64,000 nucleotides of DNA from a virus (IMGVR_UViG_3300045988_127389:58908-122907), one strand, 5' to 3'; positions 47,193 to 57,261 are shown, counted from the first letter of the stretch. The notes: generated from the sequence alone by a model not told the origin. Translations and numbers: made by a program.

Positions 47193-48524
47193 TTAGTCAT
47201 AACTGGGTTCATTCTTATCATCTCGAAATCTAACAAAGACAGGGAATTGCAAACTACGTAACCCAGTGTTCTTATCTTTAGATATACTTTTATATTTCAC
47301 CTCAATAATTTTACCGAAATATTCCCTCTTATTTGACCATATTTCAGCCCTAAGTTCGTCACTAAGCCCACTTCCAACGCCAACTGCATTATTGTCAAAC
47401 ATCACCCAAATTTTACCAAGCGTATTAGAAAGTCTACCATCACCAGCATCAAAACCAATAATTGGCAAGTCCATTGTATAGAATCGCTTTGCTTTTAGAA
47501 TACCGGAATTACGCTTGCACTGATACGGCACATCATAATTTACCATTACACCTTCCATACCAGCTTTCGTGGCGCGGTCGAGCCAATAATCAATCTTTGT
47601 TTCATCAGTACCTTCATAGAAAAATCTTACAACCTCAACATTTTCAATACCGAGACGATGAATGTCATAAGACAATTCAATCAACAAATCCTTACGAGCT
47701 TTGTACGAATCCTGAGAAATACCATTATCAAAATCTCTGTTAGAAATCCAGTCGAAAATAACATACTTGATACAAGACTTATCAGAGTCTGGACTGTTCA
47801 AAATACCAGTGCCTTTCGTAAAAGCATCGTTATCCGACAATCCTTCCTTATTTTTATATACAAGTTCACCATCAAGACACCAAACCGGAAGTTCTACTTC
47901 CAATTTCTTTAAATCTGACATAATGTGGTCTAGTCCAGTCCACAACTTACCCTGTCTGCTATACATTTTTCCACGATAACAAATACATCTGTTCCCGTTA
48001 ATTTTCTGACTAACAGAGAACCACTCGCCATGTGGAATCTTAACATTATCAATAGATTTTGCAAGTTGGACATCGAATACTGGAATTAACTTGCATCTAT
48101 ACACGCTATTGACAGTTTTTGCGTCAACGCCAAGTCGCAGTTGTTTGGTGAACACGTCATGTATAAACGCAATTTCATTGTTAAAGGTTGGTCTGCCCTC
48201 AAAAGCAAGTCTTACCTTTTCCACGTATGACTGAACCACCCAAAGCGTATCATCATTCGCCGGGTTGTTCATAATATATTTACACACATCTAGCAACGTC
48301 ATGTTAATATGAGGGTCTAATTCCTTTGCTAAATGTTTGCTTAATCTTGCGCTAGATATACCAGTTGTTACGTTTTTGTCTAGCAAAAATTTCAGAAGTT
48401 CATCTGTCTCCTTACTTCTGAAATTATTCAATGCCCACTCTTTGAGAGCTTTCTTACTTTGCATTCTAAGATTAGAACAAAACAAAGTACATTTAATATA
48501 TTCAATGTCGATGTCGAACATCAA
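47193..48524 (-). CDS. ATP-dependent DNA ligase (motif I variant KxNG)
   Basis: Motifs I KINGNR, III LDGELV, IIIa YVIFDW, IV EGVMV, V LKAKRF. Confidence 0.55.
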   Translation of the reverse strand: MMFDIDIEYIKCTLFCSNLRMQSKKALKEWALNNFRSKETDELLKFLLDKNVTTGISSARLSKHLAKELDPHINMTLLDVCKYIMNNPANDDTLWVVQSYVEKVRLAFEGRPTFNNEIAFIHDVFTKQLRLGVDAKTVNSVYRCKLIPVFDVQLAKSIDNVKIPHGEWFSVSQKINGNRCICYRGKMYSRQGKLWTGLDHIMSDLKKLEVELPVWCLDGELVYKNKEGLSDNDAFTKGTGILNSPDSDKSCIKYVIFDWISNRDFDNGISQDSYKARKDLLIELSYDIHRLGIENVEVVRFFYEGTDETKIDYWLDRATKAGMEGVMVNYDVPYQCKRNSGILKAKRFYTMDLPIIGFDAGDGRLSNTLGKIWVMFDNNAVGVGSGLSDELRAEIWSNKREYFGKIIEVKYKSISKDKNTGLRSLQFPVFVRFRDDKNEPSYD

Positions 48525-48874
48525 TCAAATCTCCTAAACTTTTTTGCATTTTCAAAATAAATTCCAAGTACATCTAAATACTGCGGTCTTATCACCGCTT
48601 CTGCGTTTTTAACAAATGCAAACCAAGTATAAGAATACGGTTGCATTACTTTTTCATAGTTTAACCGTTTCCATTTATCTCTTCCGTCCAAAACATACCC
48701 ATCTATATTATAATCACGAATTGCATCAAGCGCAAGTATTCTGCATCTCAACGTATCACGATTATTTAACATAAATAGATAGGCAACAGCCATTACTATA
48801 AATGGCATTGCTGTTAACCACGGATGAATATTAGCAAACTCTATTATACTATCAACCATCGGATTCACCTCCAC
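48521..48874 (-). CDS. membrane protein
   Basis: 117 aa with an N-terminal TM helix. Confidence 0.4.
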   Translation of the reverse strand: MEVNPMVDSIIEFANIHPWLTAMPFIVMAVAYLFMLNNRDTLRCRILALDAIRDYNIDGYVLDGRDKWKRLNYEKVMQPYSYTWFAFVKNAEAVIRPQYLDVLGIYFENAKKFRRFD

Positions 48875-49120
48875 CCAAGATGGATTTCACCTCATCACGG
48901 ATGGATTCAATTTCCTTAATTGCTTCCACTACCGACATATCTTTCTGTGATAGCTTACGCCTAGCTCTGATTTTGATGTAACCTTTTAACGCCGCATTAA
49001 AATCGTGGTAGTAGCCAAGCGTTTCTGCTGCCTACTTACCAGATTTATCAGTAGTAAAATGAACAAGGTCATAAGACCACTTCGATGGATTTATTGCATA
49101 CTGTTTGTTAATCTGAATCA

Positions 49121-49324
49121 TTACTTATTCACGTCCTTTGTAATATCTTCTGTAAATACTTTAACTTGCGGTTCAATATCATCAATACAGTTATTACATA
49201 AAGCCGCGAAACAACTACCAGAACCTTTATACGTATTCCATCTGATGCTCACAGCTGAAAGCTCTTCAGCTTCCTTCCCGCACCTAAAGCATCTTGGTTT
49301 TATATCCATTCCTCTACTTCGCAA
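49121..49324 (-). CDS. zinc-finger protein (67 aa)
   Basis: CFRCGK...CNNC motifs. Confidence 0.35.
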   Translation of the reverse strand: MRSRGMDIKPRCFRCGKEAEELSAVSIRWNTYKGSGSCFAALCNNCIDDIEPQVKVFTEDITKDVNK

Positions 49325-49680
49325 GTTAAAACCTCCTCTATCAAAAATGGGTCAAAATCGCAAGCTCTAAAAGCAACAGAACAGTTGGTTACATTACTAT
49401 AATATTCAAGCTGTGCAATTGCTTCTCTGCTTGCGGATTCATCACAGTTCTTGTCAAATAACAGTGCGAAGCACTTTTCATCTCTATTAAAAACAGGAAT
49501 GCATCGACCCACAAGACTTTTTTCAGTAGATGATTTCTTTAATATAGACTTATATTCAGAAAGGCATTCTTTATATGCTCTTAAAATCTTAGGAATATCT
49601 TCCCCTGTAGTCGTAACAGATACGGCAATAATAGGCATATCTGTATCAAGAATATCTCCACTGCGCTTAGACTTAATCAT
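49300..49680 (-). CDS. hypothetical protein (126 aa)
   Basis: ORF. Confidence 0.4.
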   Translation of the reverse strand: MIKSKRSGDILDTDMPIIAVSVTTTGEDIPKILRAYKECLSEYKSILKKSSTEKSLVGRCIPVFNRDEKCFALLFDKNCDESASREAIAQLEYYSNVTNCSVAFRACDFDPFLIEEVLTCEVEEWI

Positions 49681-49686
49681 AATTAC

Positions 49687-50055
49687 TCAAAATTCACCCT
49701 TAGTCCTCTCAAAAATAGAATAAATTGTATCATTATTAAAACTTCTTCTGTCGATATATACCCGCTTACCTTGCGTGTCATCGTATAACACATACTCATC
49801 TTCGACTATAATCATTGATGTAGCATCCAAAACACCGCGTAAATTCTTTCGCAGTTTTGCAAAATCAATGCCAGAATCATAGTACACCTCTGCGCCAGAT
49901 AACAAATGTCTAAAATGTTCTTCCGCATCATCTTTATATTTAGACTTCGCTATATCATAAAACGTATCAAGCGCATCACAGAAGAACGCAGCCTTTTCAA
50001 AATCTTTTCTTTTGCACAAACCAGCAAAATCACAAATCAAAGACTCGTAATCCAT
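49687..50055 (-). CDS. hypothetical protein (122 aa)
   Basis: ORF. Confidence 0.4.
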   Translation of the reverse strand: MDYESLICDFAGLCKRKDFEKAAFFCDALDTFYDIAKSKYKDDAEEHFRHLLSGAEVYYDSGIDFAKLRKNLRGVLDATSMIIVEDEYVLYDDTQGKRVYIDRRSFNNDTIYSIFERTKGEF

Positions 50056-50383
50056 TCTTTTAGGTTCTCCCTTTTTCTTTCAAGCCACCGTTGTTCATCA
50101 AGTATATTTCCAAAAAATAGACAAGTCGCTTGTATCTAATTATAATAATTTAGACACACGAAACCTTTAGGAATACTGGGTAGCCTCACATTCTCCTCAA
50201 ACATTATGTATATTGATGGCGGCATGAATGAATTATCTGCATTTGACACATGACCGCCACAACAGAATTTTGTCGTATATCCTTTTAGATTCAGCTACAC
50301 TATCACATCCAGTATGCTACTGTCGATATACGCAAAACTATGGTTGCGATTTTTACAATCCTTTTTCCAACAATCGCAACAAA

Positions 50384-50596
50384 TTAACGATACATCCTTC
50401 CTTGTCTCCACTTAATAAAGTTCACCCTGCTTTCACTCGCCAAACAAGCATGAACATCTTTCCATGATTCAGGGTATTGTTTCTCGTAGACAAAAGGAGG
50501 AACACCGTTTTTATATTCGTTACAACTGATAACATACATACATCTCAGTTTTCCATCTTCCAGACGGTACGATACATCATAATAGTACATCCTCAA
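50384..50596 (-). CDS. hypothetical protein (70 aa)
   Basis: ORF. Confidence 0.3.
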   Translation of the reverse strand: MRMYYYDVSYRLEDGKLRCMYVISCNEYKNGVPPFVYEKQYPESWKDVHACLASESRVNFIKWRQGRMYR

Positions 50597-51033
50597 TTCA
50601 CCCCAATCGCATGAAATTTCTTATTATGCTTCTTTAGATAATCAGAACGTGTTTTACTAACTCCATATACAGCAACAATTTTCACAAACGATGACTCCAT
50701 AGAGTTCCACACGTCGTCAGCACACTTCGCAAAGAGTCTGGCGACATATTTCTCCTTACCAAATTCTCCCGTTTCAGTTTTCCGCATCTGATACAACACC
50801 TCAAACTTTTTATACATCTGAGACTTTTGAGCATCATCAACCGGAACAAGAGCAGTACACTTACTACGCTCTCTAATAGTATAGCCACGATTCATGAGTC
50901 CCTTGATAATCCTATCTTCCATACTGCCAATAGGGACTTTTGTGGTGTCTACAATTACTTCTTTTAAATCATGGTTAATCTCGTACATCTCAACTTCTCC
51001 ATTAAAATGGTAAATCTTCATCTTGTCCACCAA
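50593..51033 (-). CDS. hypothetical protein (146 aa)
   Basis: ORF. Confidence 0.4.
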   Translation of the reverse strand: MVDKMKIYHFNGEVEMYEINHDLKEVIVDTTKVPIGSMEDRIIKGLMNRGYTIRERSKCTALVPVDDAQKSQMYKKFEVLYQMRKTETGEFGKEKYVARLFAKCADDVWNSMESSFVKIVAVYGVSKTRSDYLKKHNKKFHAIGVN

Positions 51034-51481
51034 AATTTACTAAATAATCAGTATTCTCGTCAACATGTGATTCTGGAAAAATATCCAGTTCGTCCTCATA
51101 TCTTACGAATAATCCAATATCAATTTTTTTACGTTTACTCTCTGGATAATTCTTAAATATGTATTCGTAGATTAACTTTAACAGTTCATCATCAGACACT
51201 TTATATCTGTCAGGACAGAATGTATATGTATTTAGTTCATTAAGAACCAGAAAGCCGTTTCTAACCAAATTGTGAAACGCTTTATTATATGTCTTGTAAG
51301 ACATACCAGTATCTTCCATGACGTGTGCGGAAAAGAGGACAAGTTTTGTAATATTTCTTGTTCTCATGCTCCACAAGTACATATAGAATTGAATTTCACA
51401 TGGCTCTAAATGACGAACTAATTCAACTGGGAATCTCTCGTAATTATAATCAGCGTAATCAATAATTCGCTGATTTGCCAC
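51002..51481 (-). CDS. putative winged-helix DNA-binding protein
   Basis: 159 aa. The central segment KTYNKAFHNLVRNGFLV is wHTH-like. Confidence 0.35.
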   Translation of the reverse strand: MANQRIIDYADYNYERFPVELVRHLEPCEIQFYMYLWSMRTRNITKLVLFSAHVMEDTGMSYKTYNKAFHNLVRNGFLVLNELNTYTFCPDRYKVSDDELLKLIYEYIFKNYPESKRKKIDIGLFVRYEDELDIFPESHVDENTDYLVNFGGQDEDLPF

Positions 51482-51533
51482 TGTTTTCGTTGTCAGAAGC
51501 TACACTCCTTATTTTAATGAAAGATTGATTTTA

Positions 51534-51722
51534 TTAAAAATTATAATCTTCATTAACAATCCCGTTAATAGCATTTTTAGTCTTTTTTGCTATTTCTTCA
51601 CCAATCATGCTATATCCCCTATATTGAATTGTGGCTTTAATAAATTCTGGATTATGAGCAAGACCACCGGCAATAGTATTTAACAATTCAACATACTCGT
51701 TTCTACATAAATTGATATTCAT
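51534..51722 (-). CDS. hypothetical protein (62 aa)
   Basis: ORF. Confidence 0.3.
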   Translation of the reverse strand: MNINLCRNEYVELLNTIAGGLAHNPEFIKATIQYRGYSMIGEEIAKKTKNAINGIVNEDYNF

Positions 51723-52078
51723 ACAAAATTCCTTTCATAAATTTCAAAGGCATATTTAAAACATTTTTCAAGCGGAAGTTTGTCACATGCCATCTTCTTG
51801 CTATTCTCATTATAAAGTGCCAATGCGATATTCGTGACACATGTATCTGCATTTGGATGCTCCTGAAGAAATTTTAATTTTTCTGTCTTTTTCTTTTCGT
51901 CCTCTTTTTTCTGAATCGCAAGTGCAGAAGCAAATCGTTGTTTAAGCAAATCCCTTGCCCAATCTGGGCAATATGGGTCATTAAGTGCTTCTTTTGCCTG
52001 CCCAAACGTGCACGTTGTGACAAATTCATACTGTCTAGGATGCAGTTGCGCATATTCTATATACCCTGAATCAGCCAA
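51719..52078 (-). CDS. hypothetical protein (119 aa)
   Basis: First gene downstream of the promoter at 52179-52208. Confidence 0.4.
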   Translation of the reverse strand: MADSGYIEYAQLHPRQYEFVTTCTFGQAKEALNDPYCPDWARDLLKQRFASALAIQKKEDEKKKTEKLKFLQEHPNADTCVTNIALALYNENSKKMACDKLPLEKCFKYAFEIYERNFV

Positions 52079-52178
52079 TATATCTCTCTCCTTAATCTAA
52101 AAGAATTATCTATGATAGTTTTTCCTGAGTTTGTTATGCAAACTCTAAAAGAAATTCGTCTTGAATATTCTCTTTTTT

Positions 52179-52208
52179 ATTATACCATACTACTATACTG
52201 TTTGTCAA
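52179..52208 (-). promoter_or_regulatory. sigma70-type consensus promoter (divergent region)
   Basis: AAACCACTTGACA-18-TATAAT. Confidence 0.55.
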
Positions 52209-52602
52209 GTGGTTTTGAAAAATTTTTTATGTGGATTTTACTTAGGTAAAAGTTGCCGAAGATATAATATATATTACATTTATAGTCTTGTAGGAACGTC
52301 TGTAAGAGGTCTTTGTTTCAGTAAACAAGTTACTCCATTTATGTCCGAAAGTCACCCACAGACGCTTCTAGCCGCCTGTCCTGCCAAGATTCTTACCAAA
52401 TTTTACCACTACCCATCTCTGTAAAATCTAAATAAGAATAATTATTATTTATTTTAGATTATCCTTATTATATATCTTAGGGAAATTTTCCCTAAGCACC
52501 CTCAAAGCCCCCTGTTTTATTGTCATTCTAGCACATTCAAGTTGAGCCGTCAAGGGTTCTAGCCCAGTTCATAAAAAGTTAAGAATTTTCCTTTAGATTC
52601 CC

Positions 52603-52631
52603 TTGACAAACCGTGATTTATTTGATATAAT
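52603..52631 (+). promoter_or_regulatory. sigma70-type consensus promoter for the plus-strand small-gene array
   Basis: CCCTTGACA-17-TATAAT on the plus strand, 16 nt before the first plus-strand ORF. Confidence 0.6.
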
Positions 52632-52646
52632 AGGGTCACAAAAGCG

Positions 52647-52931
52647 ATGGAGGTACAAGATATGGAAAATACTGTGACTAGACCTGTGGATATGGTAAGA
52701 CTTGGCAACCAGAAGCATGGGTTTTCTTTTCAGGCAAGAGGCGATATCTACATGCTGACCGACTTATATCCAATCGAATCTGAGGATTATGACGTTATGC
52801 AGACTGTGTGTATGACAAACGGTAGAATGCAGGGATTTGGCGCAGATGAATATGTTGAACCTGTTTATACGTTTACAGTTCACGCAAATCCTAGTTTAGC
52901 AAAGTCTGAAAGGGTTGTCAAGGGCTTATGA
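52647..52931 (+). CDS. hypothetical small protein, first gene of plus-strand array
   Basis: Follows the plus-strand consensus promoter at 52603-52631. Confidence 0.45.
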   Translation: MEVQDMENTVTRPVDMVRLGNQKHGFSFQARGDIYMLTDLYPIESEDYDVMQTVCMTNGRMQGFGADEYVEPVYTFTVHANPSLAKSERVVKGL

Positions 52932-53344
52932 TACTTACTATCAAAAAGGCAGACTATAAATCTAAGTTAAAGGCTGATTTTGTAAAAAATAACCTGTTGG
53001 AGGTATGCAAGTGGTTCAACTTCATCGAGGACAACGGCCTTGCTGAGTTTCCTGACAATCATATCACAATGTATATTAACTTAGATTATCATATTGATTT
53101 GCCGGATTGCTATATGAACAATGGTGTCTACTTTTATTCCTATAGTATGGGAATAGGCCGTAAACTTCCTACAAGACCGGCTTGGGATTGTTACGGCATT
53201 TTTGCGCCGAACAAGATTCCTATGCAATTCGTATTTATCAATAAGACCAGTAACATTTTTAACTCTTTTAACTTTGGTGCTCAGTTTTCTGCATTAGAGA
53301 CTGACTTGGTAGAAATTGACACGAGGGAATACGATGGTTGTTGA
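52928..53344 (+). CDS. hypothetical small protein (138 aa)
   Basis: Translationally coupled array member. Confidence 0.45.
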   Translation: MILTIKKADYKSKLKADFVKNNLLEVCKWFNFIEDNGLAEFPDNHITMYINLDYHIDLPDCYMNNGVYFYSYSMGIGRKLPTRPAWDCYGIFAPNKIPMQFVFINKTSNIFNSFNFGAQFSALETDLVEIDTREYDGC

Positions 53345-53735
53345 GTTAATTTACAGCGAAACTTTAGATGTCCTACAAAAATCTGAAGCAAAGCCGTATA
53401 TCAAAAATGCACTCGATATTATCAATTTTATGGTCATGAATAACTTGGAGGATATTAACAGTTGCGACCGTTACTTTATGGCACTAACTTTTGATGAGCG
53501 AATCTCTTATCCAGAAGTGTACGGCTATAACAATTATTGCAGAGCGCTGTCGCATTGCAATGGTAGACTCCCTAGCAATGGGGATATGCTGTGTTATTTA
53601 TCTCGGTATAGGAACTACATCGAAATTGTATTTGTTGATAAAGAGAAAGACGTTTACTTCTCTTTAGATTTATTTACAAGTGTTGTCAATGCTATTAGAT
53701 ATGGCATTACGCTTGATACGGAGAAATTTGAATGA
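53316..53735 (+). CDS. hypothetical small protein (139 aa)
   Basis: Array member. Confidence 0.45.
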   Translation: MTRGNTMVVELIYSETLDVLQKSEAKPYIKNALDIINFMVMNNLEDINSCDRYFMALTFDERISYPEVYGYNNYCRALSHCNGRLPSNGDMLCYLSRYRNYIEIVFVDKEKDVYFSLDLFTSVVNAIRYGITLDTEKFE

Positions 53736-54166
53736 AACTTTACGCAAGATTGGCAGATATGTCTGATATTGAGTATCTCAAGAATAACAATATGTATCAG
53801 ACAGCTGTTAAATATATGAGTATACTTAATGAGCTTGGGTTACTTAGGTGTCGTCCTTGGACACAGACCGACAATGGAAACGCAAGCGATAATGTAGTGA
53901 CTGTTATTGCTTTTCGTCAGGTGGATGCAGACGAAGAAGATATTGCGATTGCCGCAGAATGTTATCATCCGTACAACAACGAAGAGTACATGAGACTGCC
54001 TTATAAGACGGACAAAGATATTGCGCTTACATTTGTCAATGAAAGACATCGTGGAGATGTATCTTTTATATTCCACGAAAACTATACTGGTGAGTACAAT
54101 GAAGTACGCTTTCTGTCTGGAGATTGGAGCAGAGGCAGGCCGAGAGTTCTGCTTGGTGAAATTTAA
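53732..54166 (+). CDS. hypothetical small protein (144 aa)
   Basis: Array member. Confidence 0.45.
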   Translation: MKLYARLADMSDIEYLKNNNMYQTAVKYMSILNELGLLRCRPWTQTDNGNASDNVVTVIAFRQVDADEEDIAIAAECYHPYNNEEYMRLPYKTDKDIALTFVNERHRGDVSFIFHENYTGEYNEVRFLSGDWSRGRPRVLLGEI

Positions 54167-54175
54167 GGAGTATGT

Positions 54176-54517
54176 ATGTCTAAAGGTTTTATGAGTTTTG
54201 ACGATATCCCGCAAGACGTTCGTAATAATATCTTAGGTGTAATTACGGCGAATCATATTGATTTTGACCCGACTAAGATTACTGGCGGAGTAAAGGATGC
54301 TTTTGATTTCACAGAGATGGAAAATCAAAACGGTCGGCTTGGGTATAATGGCGATACTTACGACACTACTTATAGAGTCCCTGATTATAACGGTTTCCGT
54401 GTATATGTAAACCAACCTGTTTCTGTCGGTGGCAATATTAGGTGTTTGGCTTTAGATTTTTACGATAAAGACATTGAGCGCTCTGATTACATCTATATGG
54501 AAATTGATAAAAGGTGA
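54176..54517 (+). CDS. hypothetical small protein (113 aa)
   Basis: Array member, preceded by an AGGAG RBS. Confidence 0.45.
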   Translation: MSKGFMSFDDIPQDVRNNILGVITANHIDFDPTKITGGVKDAFDFTEMENQNGRLGYNGDTYDTTYRVPDYNGFRVYVNQPVSVGGNIRCLALDFYDKDIERSDYIYMEIDKR

Positions 54518-54526
54518 GGTGCAATA

Positions 54527-55105
54527 ATGAATCATACAGGAGTTGATACGTTTAGATTATCTCAGGTAGTGAAGGACGAAGCGAATAAATTCTTAGATGC
54601 CGCAGAAATTGGCACTGACGAGGAATTTGTTGTTTGCGCTACTGAAATCCTCTCATGTCACGAATTTGAATCAAGAGGTTACTGTCGCGTACCTTGTACA
54701 ATCGGCAAGGCATATATTAAACAGTATCTTCCTAGAAACCATCATAAAATTTATCGTCTTGCATATATGACAACACTTGATGCAAATGGAAATGAAAGAC
54801 ATCCGTTTTATCGCGTTATTAAACTTAAATCACAGCTGTCGTATACGCATCCAAGTGGCAATGAGCTTTATACATTCACCATTGATAGTAATATGGATAG
54901 CGTTACAGTCAATGATAGTGACTCTACATATACATTACCCATGTCTAATACGCTTGATACGGCTATTGACGCTTATGGCTATTATGGTAATTCATTTAGA
55001 CGTGATTACGATTATGCGTATGGTGAGTCACCTTACGCTAGAGTAACAACAACAGATGTCACATACAATGCTCGTGTGTCCGAAGGAGTGCGGAGTCTAC
55101 GATGA
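54527..55105 (+). CDS. small-protein family paralogue (192 aa; RVPC motif)
   Basis: Contains YCRVPCTIGKAY, shared with downstream paralogues. Confidence 0.45.
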   Translation: MNHTGVDTFRLSQVVKDEANKFLDAAEIGTDEEFVVCATEILSCHEFESRGYCRVPCTIGKAYIKQYLPRNHHKIYRLAYMTTLDANGNERHPFYRVIKLKSQLSYTHPSGNELYTFTIDSNMDSVTVNDSDSTYTLPMSNTLDTAIDAYGYYGNSFRRDYDYAYGESPYARVTTTDVTYNARVSEGVRSLR

Positions 55106-55404
55106 CAGATGAAAAGTGGAAAGCCATTACAAGATATTTTTGGGAGCATACCGCCCCTGAACTCGGACTTGTCGAGAAATATTGGAGAAGTAAAGACCAT
55201 TATACCGGTCATCATTCTTTCATTTGCGATAATAATGGACAGCTTCAGGTTTATGCTTCAACATACCAAATCTATAGGATTCCATCATTGTATCTAAATA
55301 CAAGAGTGTTCACGGACGCAAAAGAAAATTGCGATAGTTTTCGTGTTTATTTCTTTGAGGAAGGAACCGAACTGCTTCATAGCGAGCTATACGTAAGGAG
55401 ATAA
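55102..55404 (+). CDS. small-protein family paralogue (100 aa)
   Basis: YRIPSLYLN motif. Confidence 0.45.
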   Translation: MTDEKWKAITRYFWEHTAPELGLVEKYWRSKDHYTGHHSFICDNNGQLQVYASTYQIYRIPSLYLNTRVFTDAKENCDSFRVYFFEEGTELLHSELYVRR

Positions 55405-55406
55405 TA

Positions 55407-55835
55407 ATGTCTGCTGTGCTTTTAGGGAAAATGAGGGGCGGTAATAGTGCACACCTCAACGTTTTTGCGAGACATGCGTTTGCACTTGCAAATGAATACC
55501 TACCCGACTCTAACTTTCTTTTTATTGGTTCACGTGCATTGTGTACCTCTGAAAATGTAAAGTTTTATAATGGCAATATCAGTGGAGATTGTATCGGTAA
55601 TACTGGTGGAGCTTATGTCAATGACGGTTGTACTTATGTGCAACTCTATTCATATAGAGTACCTTGTAGAGAATGTGATTTATTTATCTATGTTGGCGAT
55701 TATCAGTATTACTATGTTACGATGAAGTGTTTTGATGGTGATACTGAATATTATGTAGAATTTACATTTGAGAGAGAAATGGGCGTTCCGTTTAATAAAG
55801 CAAATATTCAAAACATTACTGAAGAGGAAGTATGA
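55407..55835 (+). CDS. small-protein family paralogue (142 aa)
   Basis: YRVPCRECD motif. Confidence 0.45.
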   Translation: MSAVLLGKMRGGNSAHLNVFARHAFALANEYLPDSNFLFIGSRALCTSENVKFYNGNISGDCIGNTGGAYVNDGCTYVQLYSYRVPCRECDLFIYVGDYQYYYVTMKCFDGDTEYYVEFTFEREMGVPFNKANIQNITEEEV

Positions 55836-56239
55836 CAAATTCTGTAAGACACTTTAAGTTAAGCTGTTATTGTAGATACTTGTTCTATATTATGCGCCTA
55901 CTTGGTGTAGATATATCTAAATATCAAGTTCATGTACCTAAATCTGTGCACCTAGAAAATTGTATAGATTATATAGAGCTAGAGCAAGGTAGCCCATATT
56001 TTCCATTATTCGATGTATCTTCTGATGACACTATAAGGGCTTGGCATCGTTTACCGTCACAACCATTTGATAAGAACGCATGGGTGTTCTATGCAAGAGG
56101 TATATATGAGGACAAGTATTTTTTAACTGTGTTCTGTATTGACTATCCAGATGAATTTCTTGAGATAGAAATACAGAGATGCAGAAAATGTGGTGATTTT
56201 ACCACAGATAGGAGAAACTATGGACTGCAAAGAGCTTGA
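55832..56239 (+). CDS. small-protein family paralogue (135 aa)
   Basis: HRLPSQPFDKNAWV motif. Confidence 0.45.
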   Translation: MTNSVRHFKLSCYCRYLFYIMRLLGVDISKYQVHVPKSVHLENCIDYIELEQGSPYFPLFDVSSDDTIRAWHRLPSQPFDKNAWVFYARGIYEDKYFLTVFCIDYPDEFLEIEIQRCRKCGDFTTDRRNYGLQRA

Positions 56240-56636
56240 TAGAATTTCCAGAAATGGGTTTTCAAAAATTTTTGAGGATGAAGTAAGGTCTGTTCTTAAA
56301 GATATTGATTTGGGTATTGATGAAGCTCCTAGTTTTTTACGTTTTAGTATGTATGATTTTGTAGAATTTGCAAACGAGGGAAACTTCTTCAGAATCCCAT
56401 GTGCATCAAAAACGGTTCATTGTAGGAAGTTGCATGATTTCTGGTGTAATAAATATGAGATTGTGTACAGAACTAATTTGAGCACGTCTGGTCGTATGTC
56501 AAAGCGCGAGTTCATGCGGTCTGTTATTATCGTGTTTTCGGATTTTGTACCTGTGGAATTGACCAGAGATGTACGTTCCGAGGATGAGCGTGTCATTAGT
56601 GAACTTATTCAGTCTATTAGTATGAGGAGTTTCTAA
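56220..56636 (+). CDS. small-protein family paralogue (start at internal Met)
   Basis: FRIPCASKTVHC motif. Start trimmed from the track ORF to MDCKELD. Confidence 0.4.
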   Translation: MDCKELDRISRNGFSKIFEDEVRSVLKDIDLGIDEAPSFLRFSMYDFVEFANEGNFFRIPCASKTVHCRKLHDFWCNKYEIVYRTNLSTSGRMSKREFMRSVIIVFSDFVPVELTRDVRSEDERVISELIQSISMRSF

Positions 56637-56954
56637 ATGCTCGGTTATAAACGTAGAGATGTAGTTGAGTCTTTTTGGGACGACTACAATAATGCAGGAT
56701 TCGATAAACGATACTGGCGTGAAACATCTAAAAGTTGCTATCGTTATTCCAGAATTGAACAGGATAACGGCAAGTTAATTGTCGATGGACTTCGGCAATC
56801 ATCCACTGTGCGAATCCCTTGCTCGGTTCATGATGTTATGTTATATTTATGGACTAATTTTGATAAAAGATATATATGTTTGATGTTCCACAAGGTTGGA
56901 GATAAAGAACTTTACGTTCATAGATATTATGTAAAGGATTATAGAAATGAATGA
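56637..56954 (+). CDS. small-protein family paralogue (105 aa)
   Basis: VRIPCSVHDV motif. Confidence 0.45.
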   Translation: MLGYKRRDVVESFWDDYNNAGFDKRYWRETSKSCYRYSRIEQDNGKLIVDGLRQSSTVRIPCSVHDVMLYLWTNFDKRYICLMFHKVGDKELYVHRYYVKDYRNE

Positions 56955-57261
56955 ACTAATTAAAAAATACAGAGAGTATGTTGAACATTTAATCGTGCTT
57001 TCTTGTGGCGATACATCCGATTACAAATTTGATGAAACTCGCGCGGATAACATTGAAGGACAGCCGTTGCGTGGGAACAATTATGTGATATGGCAAGGAA
57101 GTGTTAATAAGGAGTGGGTAAGGATTCCTAGCCCTGACTTCGACAAGGATAGCGTGGTGTGCTATTATTGTGGTCGTTATTATGATAGATGGCGTGTACT
57201 TAACGCAGTCTCTAGTACGCATCCAGATAAACTGATTGTTGTTTCGTATACACATAAATGA
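56947..57261 (+). CDS. small-protein family paralogue (104 aa)
   Basis: WVRIPSPDFDKDSVV motif. Confidence 0.5.
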   Translation: MNELIKKYREYVEHLIVLSCGDTSDYKFDETRADNIEGQPLRGNNYVIWQGSVNKEWVRIPSPDFDKDSVVCYYCGRYYDRWRVLNAVSSTHPDKLIVVSYTHK

